IMG/VR virus record: IMGVR_UViG_3300030109_005594
Coordinates: 1 to 46,769 of that record
Source of the DNA: a virus
Lineage: Duplodnaviria > Caudoviricetes
Reading direction: 5' to 3' (one strand)
Length of the DNA: 46,769 bases
This document shows, piece by piece, positions 28,214 through 36,489 of this stretch. Each line of letters starts with the position of its first letter. Position 1 is the first letter of the stretch. A program made the position numbers and the translations under genes. The notes below the pieces were generated by a model. It did no database searches. It was not told the DNA's origin and saw nothing but the letters and a program-made list of their open reading frames with translations.

Positions 28214-28844
28214 TCGTTGCCCTCTTAGTATCTAAAGACATATTAGCAGAAAAAGACCTTCTTTCTCCATCACCATAAAATGGATAAACGGTGTGAAATA
28301 ACTCTGATGGAAATATGTATAGATCCCCAACCCTTGGCTGAACACAAAGGTTTGCCGGGCAAATTAAACCTGAGCCACCATAAATAAAATCAATATACCC
28401 TTCCGTTGGATATTTCTTTTTGTCATTTTTTGTATTTACTTCTTTGATCCCTTCAGGGATTTTTAAATATAAAACGCAAGAAAAACTACTCCCTGTGTGA
28501 ATGTGTGTTGGGTTGTAATCATTTTTAAAAGACCGGACAAACCAAGAATTATGAATGGAAAGCCTTTCGGGTGGGGTTTTAATTTCTTCTTTACGTTCTG
28601 CCATAAACTGCTCGTACAAGGCTTTGGTTAAATTAAACAACAAACCACCAAACACATCGATCTTATTAAGATCACAAATTAATTCTTGATTTACATGACC
28701 CACTAACTCTGTAGAGGCATCATGTTCTTCTTCAGTTCTTTCTTCACAGTGAGTATTTAACTGATCAATTATTTTATGCGGTACATTAGCCTTTAATATT
28801 CGAGGACCAAACGGTCTTAAAATATCAACCTTTATTTCGTTCAT
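28200..28844 (-). CDS. putative 2OG-Fe(II) oxygenase
   Basis: YNPTHIH, SCVLYL, GDLYIFPSELFHTVYP, RRSFSAN; start reassigned to MNEIK. Confidence 0.85.
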   Translation of the reverse strand: MNEIKVDILRPFGPRILKANVPHKIIDQLNTHCEERTEEEHDASTELVGHVNQELICDLNKIDVFGGLLFNLTKALYEQFMAERKEEIKTPPERLSIHNSWFVRSFKNDYNPTHIHTGSSFSCVLYLKIPEGIKEVNTKNDKKKYPTEGYIDFIYGGSGLICPANLCVQPRVGDLYIFPSELFHTVYPFYGDGERRSFSANMSLDTKRATNGIN

Positions 28845-28956
28845 TTTCCGTTTTTTCTGTTTTCTCAACTTTCTCACATTTTTGATGATCTTCTGCCTTC
28901 TGTTCAGGAACGATAACCTGAATCCGATATTCTGTTGGACCTAAAGAGTCAATCAT
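28825..28956 (-). CDS. small hypothetical protein (43 aa, MIDSLGPTEYRIQVIVPE...)
   Basis: Translated by hand; AGGAGG upstream and ATGA overlap. Confidence 0.4.
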   Translation of the reverse strand: MIDSLGPTEYRIQVIVPEQKAEDHQKCEKVEKTEKTENERNKG

Positions 28957-29147
28957 ACCTGACCTCCTGAAAGAGTCATAGCAAGGATCTGCAATACTTC
29001 TTGAAAACCTTTATCGAGTTTTTTAGCCAATTGAGCAAACTTTTTAGGGCTAATCTCACTTGAGCTTATGCCTCGTTTTTCTAAAAAACTTTTTGCTGCT
29101 CGTATTTCTGCTTGTGCTACTTTTTTAATCGCCACTTTCTTTGCCAT
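28953..29147 (-). CDS. small basic protein
   Basis: 64 aa, Lys-rich; AGGAGG RBS. Confidence 0.65.
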   Translation of the reverse strand: MAKKVAIKKVAQAEIRAAKSFLEKRGISSSEISPKKFAQLAKKLDKGFQEVLQILAMTLSGGQV

Positions 29148-29646
29148 AAGACAAACCTCCTAAAACTCCCAAACCAACCGGGACATTTGATGACTTTTGT
29201 TTTTCAAAACGAGAACGAATATTTTTGGGATCAAAAACAACAATTTCTCTTGATTGGTCAGAGTGAGTAAAAATAACCCCATCATGTCCTTGTTTTTTTA
29301 ATTCTTGTGTAAATTGACTTGCCGCTGCCTGACCAGCTTCTTTACTTCTAATTCCACTGTTTCTAAGCATCGCCCGGTCTTCTTCTGTAGCAAAATAAGG
29401 ATTCTTTAAATTTGCTTTTAATGGCATTACATTAGGACCAGCCGGACCTTTTTTAATCTCTTCCGCATAAAGAGATGCCATATCAGGATTATCCGTTGTA
29501 TAAACACCTTTGCCAAAATATCCCATGTCTTTACGACCCGGATGATCTAAATCAAAACGGTCTATGACATCTCGTGTTCCATGATATACGTCATATTGTT
29601 TGCTTTTTTTTACAAGCCCAAGTAAAAATCTAAATATTGGATTCAT
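29125..29646 (-). CDS. ADP-ribosyltransferase-like protein (ART-PolyVal type)
   Basis: VYHGT, FGKGVYTT, ASLYA, LKNPY, GHDGVI, EIVVFDPKNIRS; start reassigned to MNPIF. Confidence 0.75.
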   Translation of the reverse strand: MNPIFRFLLGLVKKSKQYDVYHGTRDVIDRFDLDHPGRKDMGYFGKGVYTTDNPDMASLYAEEIKKGPAGPNVMPLKANLKNPYFATEEDRAMLRNSGIRSKEAGQAAASQFTQELKKQGHDGVIFTHSDQSREIVVFDPKNIRSRFEKQKSSNVPVGLGVLGGLSYGKESGD

Positions 29647-29647
29647 A

Positions 29648-29905
29648 TCACCAAGCCTTACACGACCAGTAACGTGCCTTTGTTTTTGGACCAGGATTAT
29701 CGCAGTTGTGTCTTGCCCGGAAATTACTCCTACGACCTTTTTGATTTTTCTTAATACGCATATTCGGATCCCCAAACGTCACACGCTTAACACTATCCCC
29801 ATCCATGACGTAAACCACACTTTTCTTTTTCCCATAGCTGGTTTCACCCTTGCTAATTCTGCGAGGATTGTTGAGCTTTACTTTCTTGCCTTTGTATTCT
29901 GCCAT
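29648..29905 (-). CDS. small basic conserved phage protein
   Basis: 85 aa; VTFGDPNM, RRSNFRARHNC, ARYWSCKAW. Confidence 0.75.
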   Translation of the reverse strand: MAEYKGKKVKLNNPRRISKGETSYGKKKSVVYVMDGDSVKRVTFGDPNMRIKKNQKGRRSNFRARHNCDNPGPKTKARYWSCKAW

Positions 29906-30060
29906 TAGCCTTTGTGCACCTTTTGAATTTCAAAACTTGCTCTCATGCTTGCCCCCTTGTGTGGCTTGTAACCGCCAGCAGGATTTTTCATTAGTTTATA
30001 ACTTTTGCCAGATTTCATCCAATGAAACCCATCCGGTGCCTCTACTGTTTTTTTAGCCAC
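29905..30060 (-). CDS. small basic protein (51 aa, MAKKTVEAPDGFHWMK...)
   Basis: Translated by hand from GTG; its stop overlaps the next start (TAATG). Confidence 0.65.
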   Translation of the reverse strand: MAKKTVEAPDGFHWMKSGKSYKLMKNPAGGYKPHKGASMRASFEIQKVHKG

Positions 30061-30307
30061 GCCTTGTTCTCCTATATGGTTTTACTTTTTGAGCAATCTT
30101 TTTTGGTTGCTTTGAAAATTGTTTTCCTTGTGCTTTTGCCTTGCGCTTTGCAGCGGAGGTAGCAGCGTATTCCTGTGGACTCAATTTTTTAATCGCCTTC
30201 TCAGGCAAATACCGTTCTCCAGTTACGCTACTTTTCTTGCCAGACTTAGTTCGCCATTTCTGTTTTCCCCAATCCTTGAGCGATTTTTGCGATTTCTTTA
30301 AAGTCAT
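30053..30307 (-). CDS. small basic protein (DUF5872-like)
   Basis: SQKSLKDWGKQKWRTKSGK, GERYLPEKAIKKLS. Confidence 0.7.
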   Translation of the reverse strand: MTLKKSQKSLKDWGKQKWRTKSGKKSSVTGERYLPEKAIKKLSPQEYAATSAAKRKAKAQGKQFSKQPKKIAQKVKPYRRTRRG

Positions 30308-30492
30308 GACTTGTAACCACCACCTGCTTTTTTATATTCTCGTGCCAATTTTTGAGCCTTCCTTGCCGACCACTGTCCGGCAGCGGTTCCCATAGACGAT
30401 TCAGATTTTATCTTATTAAACAATCGTTTACGCATCGTGGGCTTGGTATAATTACCTGCTTTGTTGACCGATGATTTTTTATTAGCTGCCAT
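30304..30492 (-). CDS. small basic protein (DUF5872-like)
   Basis: NYTKPTMRKRL, GQWSARKAQKLAREYKKAGGGY. Confidence 0.7.
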   Translation of the reverse strand: MAANKKSSVNKAGNYTKPTMRKRLFNKIKSESSMGTAAGQWSARKAQKLAREYKKAGGGYKS

Positions 30493-30494
30493 TA

Positions 30495-31562
30495 TTACTC
30501 CTTTTGTCTCATTAATTCAATAAATCGACTAACCTCATCAACCATCTGCTGATCGACTTCTTGTTTAATGTATGGTTGCAGTAAAAATGCTCTTTGATCA
30601 GAGGAACGATCTTTGCCTTCTCTTGATTTATAAAAATTTCTAAAAATTAATTCATTTGGCACATCAAATCGCAACCCACCTAAATATTGCCCTTGAACTT
30701 CATAAGGATATGTTCTATGTCTTGATGGATTTATCTGTCCTGAAACGTCAATATCCCCAATGGAACGACCCGATGACAATGCCCTTGTGGTTAACAAATC
30801 AGGATCAGTAATTGCTGCCCTAATTACTCCAATATGAGGGAATCCTTTTTCCACCCACTTGGTTTTATCCATCTGCTTAAAAACTTTTGCACGATCTGTC
30901 CCGATCATTTTATCAGCCATATAATCTCTTGCCTTTGGATCTAAAATACCAACCCAGTCTTTATCAACTTCTTTTTTAATAATTTTGTCAAACTCTTTTG
31001 CATCTTTTTTAAAAATTTTGCTTTGAGAAATAACATCAAGAGTAACATCAGACATCATTGTAGAAAAATCACTTGCCCCTCCAGCCATTGCTGTATAAAT
31101 AATTTTAGGAGTCTTTCCCTCCTCTGAAATTGCTTGGGCTTTACGAGCTATTGGATTTATTTTATCTCTATCTGATGCCCAGATCCCTGTGTCAAGAAAA
31201 CGCATAAATTGATTTCCACCCTGTAAATCCACCGGGGAGCTTAATTTGTAAGGACCAATGCGAGACAGTGCACCAATGTTTGTTCTATCACCAAAAGCTG
31301 GGATTAAAACATCACCTTGAAGATCCGAAATATTAATAATTCTTTTAGGGGCAACCTTTGAGGGATCAACAGGGGTTAAATCATAATCAATGTTTTCGGG
31401 ATAATCTGGCATTCTTATCTCAGAAAGCCCTGCCGGATCTAAAATTTTTGCCGGTCTTGCCTCAGATGCATCTCTAGGCAAAGCTCCAAATCTTTGATCA
31501 CGAAGGCGTTCCCCTGCCATTTCAACAAGTAATCTAAGAACACCTAATTTTCCTTTATCCAC
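30495..31562 (-). CDS. hypothetical protein, polyvalent-protein-like domain
   Basis: 355 aa; GDRT, LQGG.QF, WAS, HRTYPYEVQGQYLG; N-terminal LGVL and FGAL. Confidence 0.55.
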   Translation of the reverse strand: MDKGKLGVLRLLVEMAGERLRDQRFGALPRDASEARPAKILDPAGLSEIRMPDYPENIDYDLTPVDPSKVAPKRIINISDLQGDVLIPAFGDRTNIGALSRIGPYKLSSPVDLQGGNQFMRFLDTGIWASDRDKINPIARKAQAISEEGKTPKIIYTAMAGGASDFSTMMSDVTLDVISQSKIFKKDAKEFDKIIKKEVDKDWVGILDPKARDYMADKMIGTDRAKVFKQMDKTKWVEKGFPHIGVIRAAITDPDLLTTRALSSGRSIGDIDVSGQINPSRHRTYPYEVQGQYLGGLRFDVPNELIFRNFYKSREGKDRSSDQRAFLLQPYIKQEVDQQMVDEVSRFIELMRQKE

Positions 31563-31686
31563 GATTTTTGCCTTTGTAGCCAGAAGCGTAAACAGCTCGA
31601 CCCTGCTTCTCAGCCTCTTTTCGGGTCTTATAAATCTTTCCAGATTTGCCCCATCGATAACCGTTTTTGACTTTATAGACTGGCAT
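31555..31686 (-). CDS. small basic protein (43 aa, MPVYKVKNGYRWGKSGKIYKTRKEAEKQGRAVYASGY...)
   Basis: Translated by hand; TAATG coupling with the upstream gene. Confidence 0.7.
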   Translation of the reverse strand: MPVYKVKNGYRWGKSGKIYKTRKEAEKQGRAVYASGYKGKNRG

Positions 31687-32516
31687 TACTCGTAACGCTC
31701 CAATTGATGACTCTGATACTGTGGCATAGAATCTTCTAAAAACTCTGTTATCTCAGAACCAGAATAACCTGATTTATTCAGTCTATCTATGAATGAGTTT
31801 AATAGGTTGTTTTCGGAGGTGGTAACGCCCCTGTGTTTTAATGCTTCTGGCTTTGGGGAAACGTCCTTGCCTTTCAATCTTTCCGTAACAAAATCTTTTA
31901 TGCTTACCCCAGCTGCGTCTAATATGTCATAAAATTTCTCTTGAAAATAACCTTCAATCGCCAAAAATTCTGGTTTAATTACTAAATCCTCAACATCTCC
32001 CATGAAATTGCTTCGCAAGGGACGAGAATAAGCATATTCAAATAGTTTATTGACCTCATCATCATTTAAGGCATCAACAGGGGGAATTTGTTTGTTCTCG
32101 TCAAGAATTTCCGCTGGGAACGTGTTTTCTTTTGAATCATATCTTACTGGAACACCTCGCATAAATCCACCTTTAAACATGGGTGTAAACCCGGAATCGA
32201 TGTCATCTCTTTTGCTCTCTAGTTCTAAAACAGCTTTTTTAAAATCAATAGAATTTGTTAAAATGTTGTTAAAAGTAGATATTGGAACTTTTCCTTTGGC
32301 AACAGGCTCTAATCCTTTTTCAATTAAAGTTGTCAACGCCCCACGAGGCAGTGCTGTTTGAGCTACTGCACTTGCTGCCTTTTTTACAAATTCCCTGCGA
32401 GAAGGGACAACCTCCTGCTTTTTCAAAGGGACAAGAGCACCAACACTTTCAGGCTCTTTTAAATTTCCCAAGGCACCTAACCTAGATATAATATTTGTTA
32501 ATAGTTTTTTCTTCAT
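31686..32516 (-). CDS. hypothetical protein with LGAL leader and SRREFVK motif
   Basis: 276 aa; leader homologous to that of 32513..33586. Confidence 0.7.
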   Translation of the reverse strand: MKKKLLTNIISRLGALGNLKEPESVGALVPLKKQEVVPSRREFVKKAASAVAQTALPRGALTTLIEKGLEPVAKGKVPISTFNNILTNSIDFKKAVLELESKRDDIDSGFTPMFKGGFMRGVPVRYDSKENTFPAEILDENKQIPPVDALNDDEVNKLFEYAYSRPLRSNFMGDVEDLVIKPEFLAIEGYFQEKFYDILDAAGVSIKDFVTERLKGKDVSPKPEALKHRGVTTSENNLLNSFIDRLNKSGYSGSEITEFLEDSMPQYQSHQLERYE

Positions 32517-33586
32517 TCCTGCCCCTGAACATTAGGAGAAACATAGCCAGAGGCATAAGGTCCGGCTTTATTATCCATTAAAAGTGGAACACCAATTCCA
32601 CCCAAAACACCTAAAGTTTTTAAAATATTAACAAGGCTGTCATCGTAAATAACATAGTTTGGCTTCTTGGCTGGTTTGTTTAAATACGCTTTGTATTTTA
32701 ACCCTTTGATGCCGTGTTTTGAAAAAAGTTTTGATGCTTCTTTTCTATGGTTGTAATCAGAGGGCTTGCCCAGCTCCTCTGGAGACAAGTAATCAGATTC
32801 TTTTAAATAATCTTCAACCGAACTTACAAAATTACCTCCACCGGATTTCATAATATCATCTAAGTTTCGTTTAAAAGAAGAATCAAGTTTCAGGTTATTT
32901 GCTCGTAATACAGCCTGAAGTTTATCTTCATTTGGGTAAAATTCTTTGAGTACATTTGTTACTTTTTCTTTTAAAGAATCAGGTTGCTCACTAATAGGGG
33001 CATCATGATCAAGCAATTCCTCCGGCTTTACATCCAATTCAACTTCGTACAAATAACCTTTACGCTCCCCTGACGGAGTTAATGTCATTAACTCCGAATC
33101 AAACTCGTAACCAGAGCCGTCCTTAAACTCGTAAAAAGTTTGTATACCAGATGGATGAGTAAAAGTTTCTATAGCATAAGGTTCTATTTCGTTTCTTATC
33201 AGCTCATCAACATAATCTTCATCTTCAGGTCCAGCTAATTTTTTGTGTCGTTTAATGTCATCTTTAAAATATTTTCCATACCCATGTTCCATTTCCATAT
33301 CGTAAGCTATACTGCCCTCTTCAGGAGGCAAGGGGCTGGTTCTTAGTTTTGCCATCGCTTTATAATTTTCCCCTATTGCTGGCTCTCCTCCAAAATACAA
33401 ACCGTGACCAAAGTTTTGAGCACGCACACCTGTCCCAATTTTACTCGAATCAAAAATATCAAATTCATGCGGAGAGCCGTGGTAGGCTTTTATTTTTGAC
33501 AACGCACCAAGATCTTCTTTTTCTTTTAAATTAGCTAAAGAGCCTAATTTAGATAAGGCTGGTGCCAGAATAGTCTTTTTCACCAT
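32513..33586 (-). CDS. ADP-ribosyltransferase-like polyvalent domain protein with LGAL leader
   Basis: AYHGSPHEFDIFDSSKIGTG, FGHGLYF, GYLYEVEL, GIKGLKY, NYVIYDD. Confidence 0.65.
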   Translation of the reverse strand: MVKKTILAPALSKLGSLANLKEKEDLGALSKIKAYHGSPHEFDIFDSSKIGTGVRAQNFGHGLYFGGEPAIGENYKAMAKLRTSPLPPEEGSIAYDMEMEHGYGKYFKDDIKRHKKLAGPEDEDYVDELIRNEIEPYAIETFTHPSGIQTFYEFKDGSGYEFDSELMTLTPSGERKGYLYEVELDVKPEELLDHDAPISEQPDSLKEKVTNVLKEFYPNEDKLQAVLRANNLKLDSSFKRNLDDIMKSGGGNFVSSVEDYLKESDYLSPEELGKPSDYNHRKEASKLFSKHGIKGLKYKAYLNKPAKKPNYVIYDDSLVNILKTLGVLGGIGVPLLMDNKAGPYASGYVSPNVQGQE

Positions 33587-33595
33587 AACCAGAAA

Positions 33596-33877
33596 TTAAT
33601 CTACAAGCCTTAATGGATCATGACCTAAAAGATTATCCATCATCTCACGAGCATCTGTGTTGCCCATCTTGATAACTTTGACCTCACCATGAGGCTCTTC
33701 ATCCATCATCATCTCTTCATCATCTTCAAACCCCAACATCTCGTGATTGCACAACAACATAAAGTTGACGAGCTGACCATCAGTCATTTCAAGTCCAGGG
33801 GAATCATGAGTAAATCCCATTTTGTTTTCAAAATCACTTGCTAAAACATCAATATTTTCTACATCAATACTAGCCAT
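33596..33877 (-). CDS. acidic hypothetical protein
   Basis: 93 aa; AGGAG RBS. Confidence 0.7.
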   Translation of the reverse strand: MASIDVENIDVLASDFENKMGFTHDSPGLEMTDGQLVNFMLLCNHEMLGFEDDEEMMMDEEPHGEVKVIKMGNTDAREMMDNLLGHDPLRLVD

Positions 33878-33878
33878 T

Positions 33879-34073
33879 TTATTCTCCTGTGTTTCTTAGT
33901 AAATTAGTAAAAGCACCAAGGTTTCCTCCCTCGGCACCCATCCTGCGTTTTATCTCATCAACTTTTCTCAACAGATAGTCTGACATTTCAATATCCATCG
34001 GCTGGGCTGGTGCTGGCATTGAAGGTTGATTTCCAGAAAATGCTGCCGGGTTAACTGGTGGGAGGTTGTACAT
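33879..34073 (-). CDS. small hypothetical protein
   Basis: 64 aa, overlaps the portal stop; ends GNLGAFTNL. Confidence 0.6.
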   Translation of the reverse strand: MYNLPPVNPAAFSGNQPSMPAPAQPMDIEMSDYLLRKVDEIKRRMGAEGGNLGAFTNLLRNTGE

Positions 34074-36489
34074 TTTTCATTGCTTCCATTTGTATTTTTG
34101 CAGCGTTCTTTTCACGCTCCAGTTGTAAATCAGCTTCCAACTTTCTAACCTTTGCCTCAAGGTCAGCTCGTGCCTTGGCTGCATCTATTTCCATGTCTTG
34201 ACGGGCTTCGGCTTGTTTAATCTGAATGTCGGACTGTGCTTTGGCTTGGTCGGCAGCAATCTCAGATTGCGTCCGTTGTTGTAATGCTTGAGCTTCAAAC
34301 TCGGCAAGTTGTTGTGCATACTGTAATGGATTCTCCTGTTGTTGACCTCCCATATCAGCAATCCCAGCAATGGCTTGCATCTGAGGTGCCTGTTGAACTA
34401 CTTGTGCAGCCCTTTGACTAATTAACATATCTACCTGCGGATCAATGTCCTCAAACTTAAATTGCGGATCACGCAGATTTGGAATGTTCGGCAATGGCAT
34501 TGCAATGCTTGCCTCCATCCTCTGGCGATACAACAATGCAATATGTTCAGCAATGTGAGCCGTTAATATTGGTCCCATTGTCTGCTGGGCAACAGGATTG
34601 CCAGCCAGCGATGGATCTTGCATAAACTGCATGTGAACCGAGATGTGTGCCTGGTGATCTTGCTCAGGGAAAGCTCGGATCGCTTTGCCGTACATCACCG
34701 ACATGTTTTCATCAATCGGGTCAAGCCTCACAGCTTCATCCGGCTCCTTTAAAACCTCTTCAATGTTCGGTATCCGGATTGCCTCATACATTCGCTTGTA
34801 AGCATTGTATCGATCATGAAGCTCAGGGGCAGAATTTGCCATCTCAAGAATTGCCTGTGCTTGGGCAATACGCTGGGCTGTGCTAAATATGTTTGGATCA
34901 CTGACAGGGATAATGTCAATCTTCTTATCAAAATCTTTAGCATAAATAATTGCGTTTGCACCCTGAACACCAAAGTCAAAGGTTTCAGGTAAATACTCAG
35001 CATTCAAAGCCGAAAGCATTTTAAACTCTTCACCCTGCGAATGATGGAGCCGTTTATGAATCGCACTAAAACTCTTGCTGCCCTGCTCTATCAAAGCAAC
35101 TGTAGATCCAACTGGGGCATTGGGATTAACATCACCAACGTTTAAATCTGCAGTGGCTGCAAATCTTTGCCCAGCCTCAACCATAAATCCTAGTAGCTGA
35201 AATAAGGTTCCGCTTGGCTCCTTGAATGGCAATGGCATAATGCTCTTATTGATGTCATCCACTGTCGCATCCAGATCCACAAATTCACCGGGATTAACTT
35301 CAATATCACCACCGGAAACTCTGCCCTTTAACTTAAAACCACCTTGCATATTGGCAAAACTAGCCGAGTCAAGCAAAGCCCTCAGTGCACCAGTTGCAGC
35401 CTTACCCAAACCACCAATCAGGTGATACAAACCAAAGCCATAAAACCCTATGCCGGGTAAAAACTTATAGCTGACAAACCAGTTGCGTCTTTCTTTTTGC
35501 TCATCATCCTCGTGCCAGTTTCTCCTGACACTAACAATTTTTTCTGTATCAGCGTCAATTGTCACCACATACGGCAATGCTACGTCATCATCACCCTGGT
35601 CTTGATCTTCAAACGGTTGATAAACGTGCATCTCCAAAAGGGTAACTATTTTGTTACTCGCTCCTTCACTGAGTCGATCCACACCCTCAATCTGACCCAC
35701 AGTGTCATTATCATAGTCTGCAGCTTCTGAATCTGTCTTGACAGGCAGGTAATAACCGCTTTGAACATATCTGTTGTACTCATTTTTCGGCATCCTTATA
35801 ACATGTGTATAACGTGCAGAAGTTTTTAAATCATTGCTATCTGGGGAAACTACAAAATCTTCTGCCCTCACAAACATGGATCTCTGACGCTCAAGAGTGG
35901 AATCCCACCATATTTTTTTGAACGTATGCCCAATCAAAGGCAATTGAAAAAGCATTTGATCCAGATCATTAAAATATTCCGGCATCTCCTGCGTAATTTG
36001 ATAGTTCATAAATTCACGAACTCTACGAGCTTGATCCTCTAATTCTTCGTTTGGCTCACCAATGATAACGGTTTTAACCGGACCACCAGATGGATAAAGC
36101 TCGGTAATGGCACGAGCATTAAATTGAGTTGCAGCCTCGGCAATCATCGGGTGAATAACTGTGCTAAGTCCACGACTGGCTCGTTCTTCCTCGCCTTCCT
36201 CCAGACCACCTTCAACATCTAGTGTTTTTAACCCAGCCTTGTAGCGATTCTCCCACTCGGATCTTGCCTCCCGGTCATTTGTGTAATAGCCAACTAAATC
36301 ACTACCAGTCCTGTCTAAAAGCCTCTGATCCAAAGTCTCTGCAAGATTATCATCAAACGCAGAATCTTTTTCTAATGGCAAATCAGAATCAGGATCTCCA
36401 ATTAAAACTTCATTTTCTCCAAACGGTTCAATCTGAAGGTCATCCAGTGGCATTCCCTCGGCAAATGGTATAGTGTCATTTTCAGCCAT
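34051..36489 (-). CDS. portal protein (P22-like with C-terminal barrel)
   Basis: 812 aa after TerL; HPMIAEAATQFNARA, FMNYQI, GFYGFGLYHLIGGL, PLPFKEPS; Q/A-rich coiled-coil tail. Confidence 0.9.
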   Translation of the reverse strand: MAENDTIPFAEGMPLDDLQIEPFGENEVLIGDPDSDLPLEKDSAFDDNLAETLDQRLLDRTGSDLVGYYTNDREARSEWENRYKAGLKTLDVEGGLEEGEEERASRGLSTVIHPMIAEAATQFNARAITELYPSGGPVKTVIIGEPNEELEDQARRVREFMNYQITQEMPEYFNDLDQMLFQLPLIGHTFKKIWWDSTLERQRSMFVRAEDFVVSPDSNDLKTSARYTHVIRMPKNEYNRYVQSGYYLPVKTDSEAADYDNDTVGQIEGVDRLSEGASNKIVTLLEMHVYQPFEDQDQGDDDVALPYVVTIDADTEKIVSVRRNWHEDDEQKERRNWFVSYKFLPGIGFYGFGLYHLIGGLGKAATGALRALLDSASFANMQGGFKLKGRVSGGDIEVNPGEFVDLDATVDDINKSIMPLPFKEPSGTLFQLLGFMVEAGQRFAATADLNVGDVNPNAPVGSTVALIEQGSKSFSAIHKRLHHSQGEEFKMLSALNAEYLPETFDFGVQGANAIIYAKDFDKKIDIIPVSDPNIFSTAQRIAQAQAILEMANSAPELHDRYNAYKRMYEAIRIPNIEEVLKEPDEAVRLDPIDENMSVMYGKAIRAFPEQDHQAHISVHMQFMQDPSLAGNPVAQQTMGPILTAHIAEHIALLYRQRMEASIAMPLPNIPNLRDPQFKFEDIDPQVDMLISQRAAQVVQQAPQMQAIAGIADMGGQQQENPLQYAQQLAEFEAQALQQRTQSEIAADQAKAQSDIQIKQAEARQDMEIDAAKARADLEAKVRKLEADLQLEREKNAAKIQMEAMKNVQPPTS

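Noticed and set aside
29647-29775. N-terminal extension of the ART ORF in the track
   Set aside because: Overlaps the 29648-29905 gene; ATG at 29646 fits the operon packing
31570-32560. YASGY pentapeptide shared by the 43-aa basic protein and the C-terminus of the second ART
   Set aside because: Only five residues in two instances; could be chance
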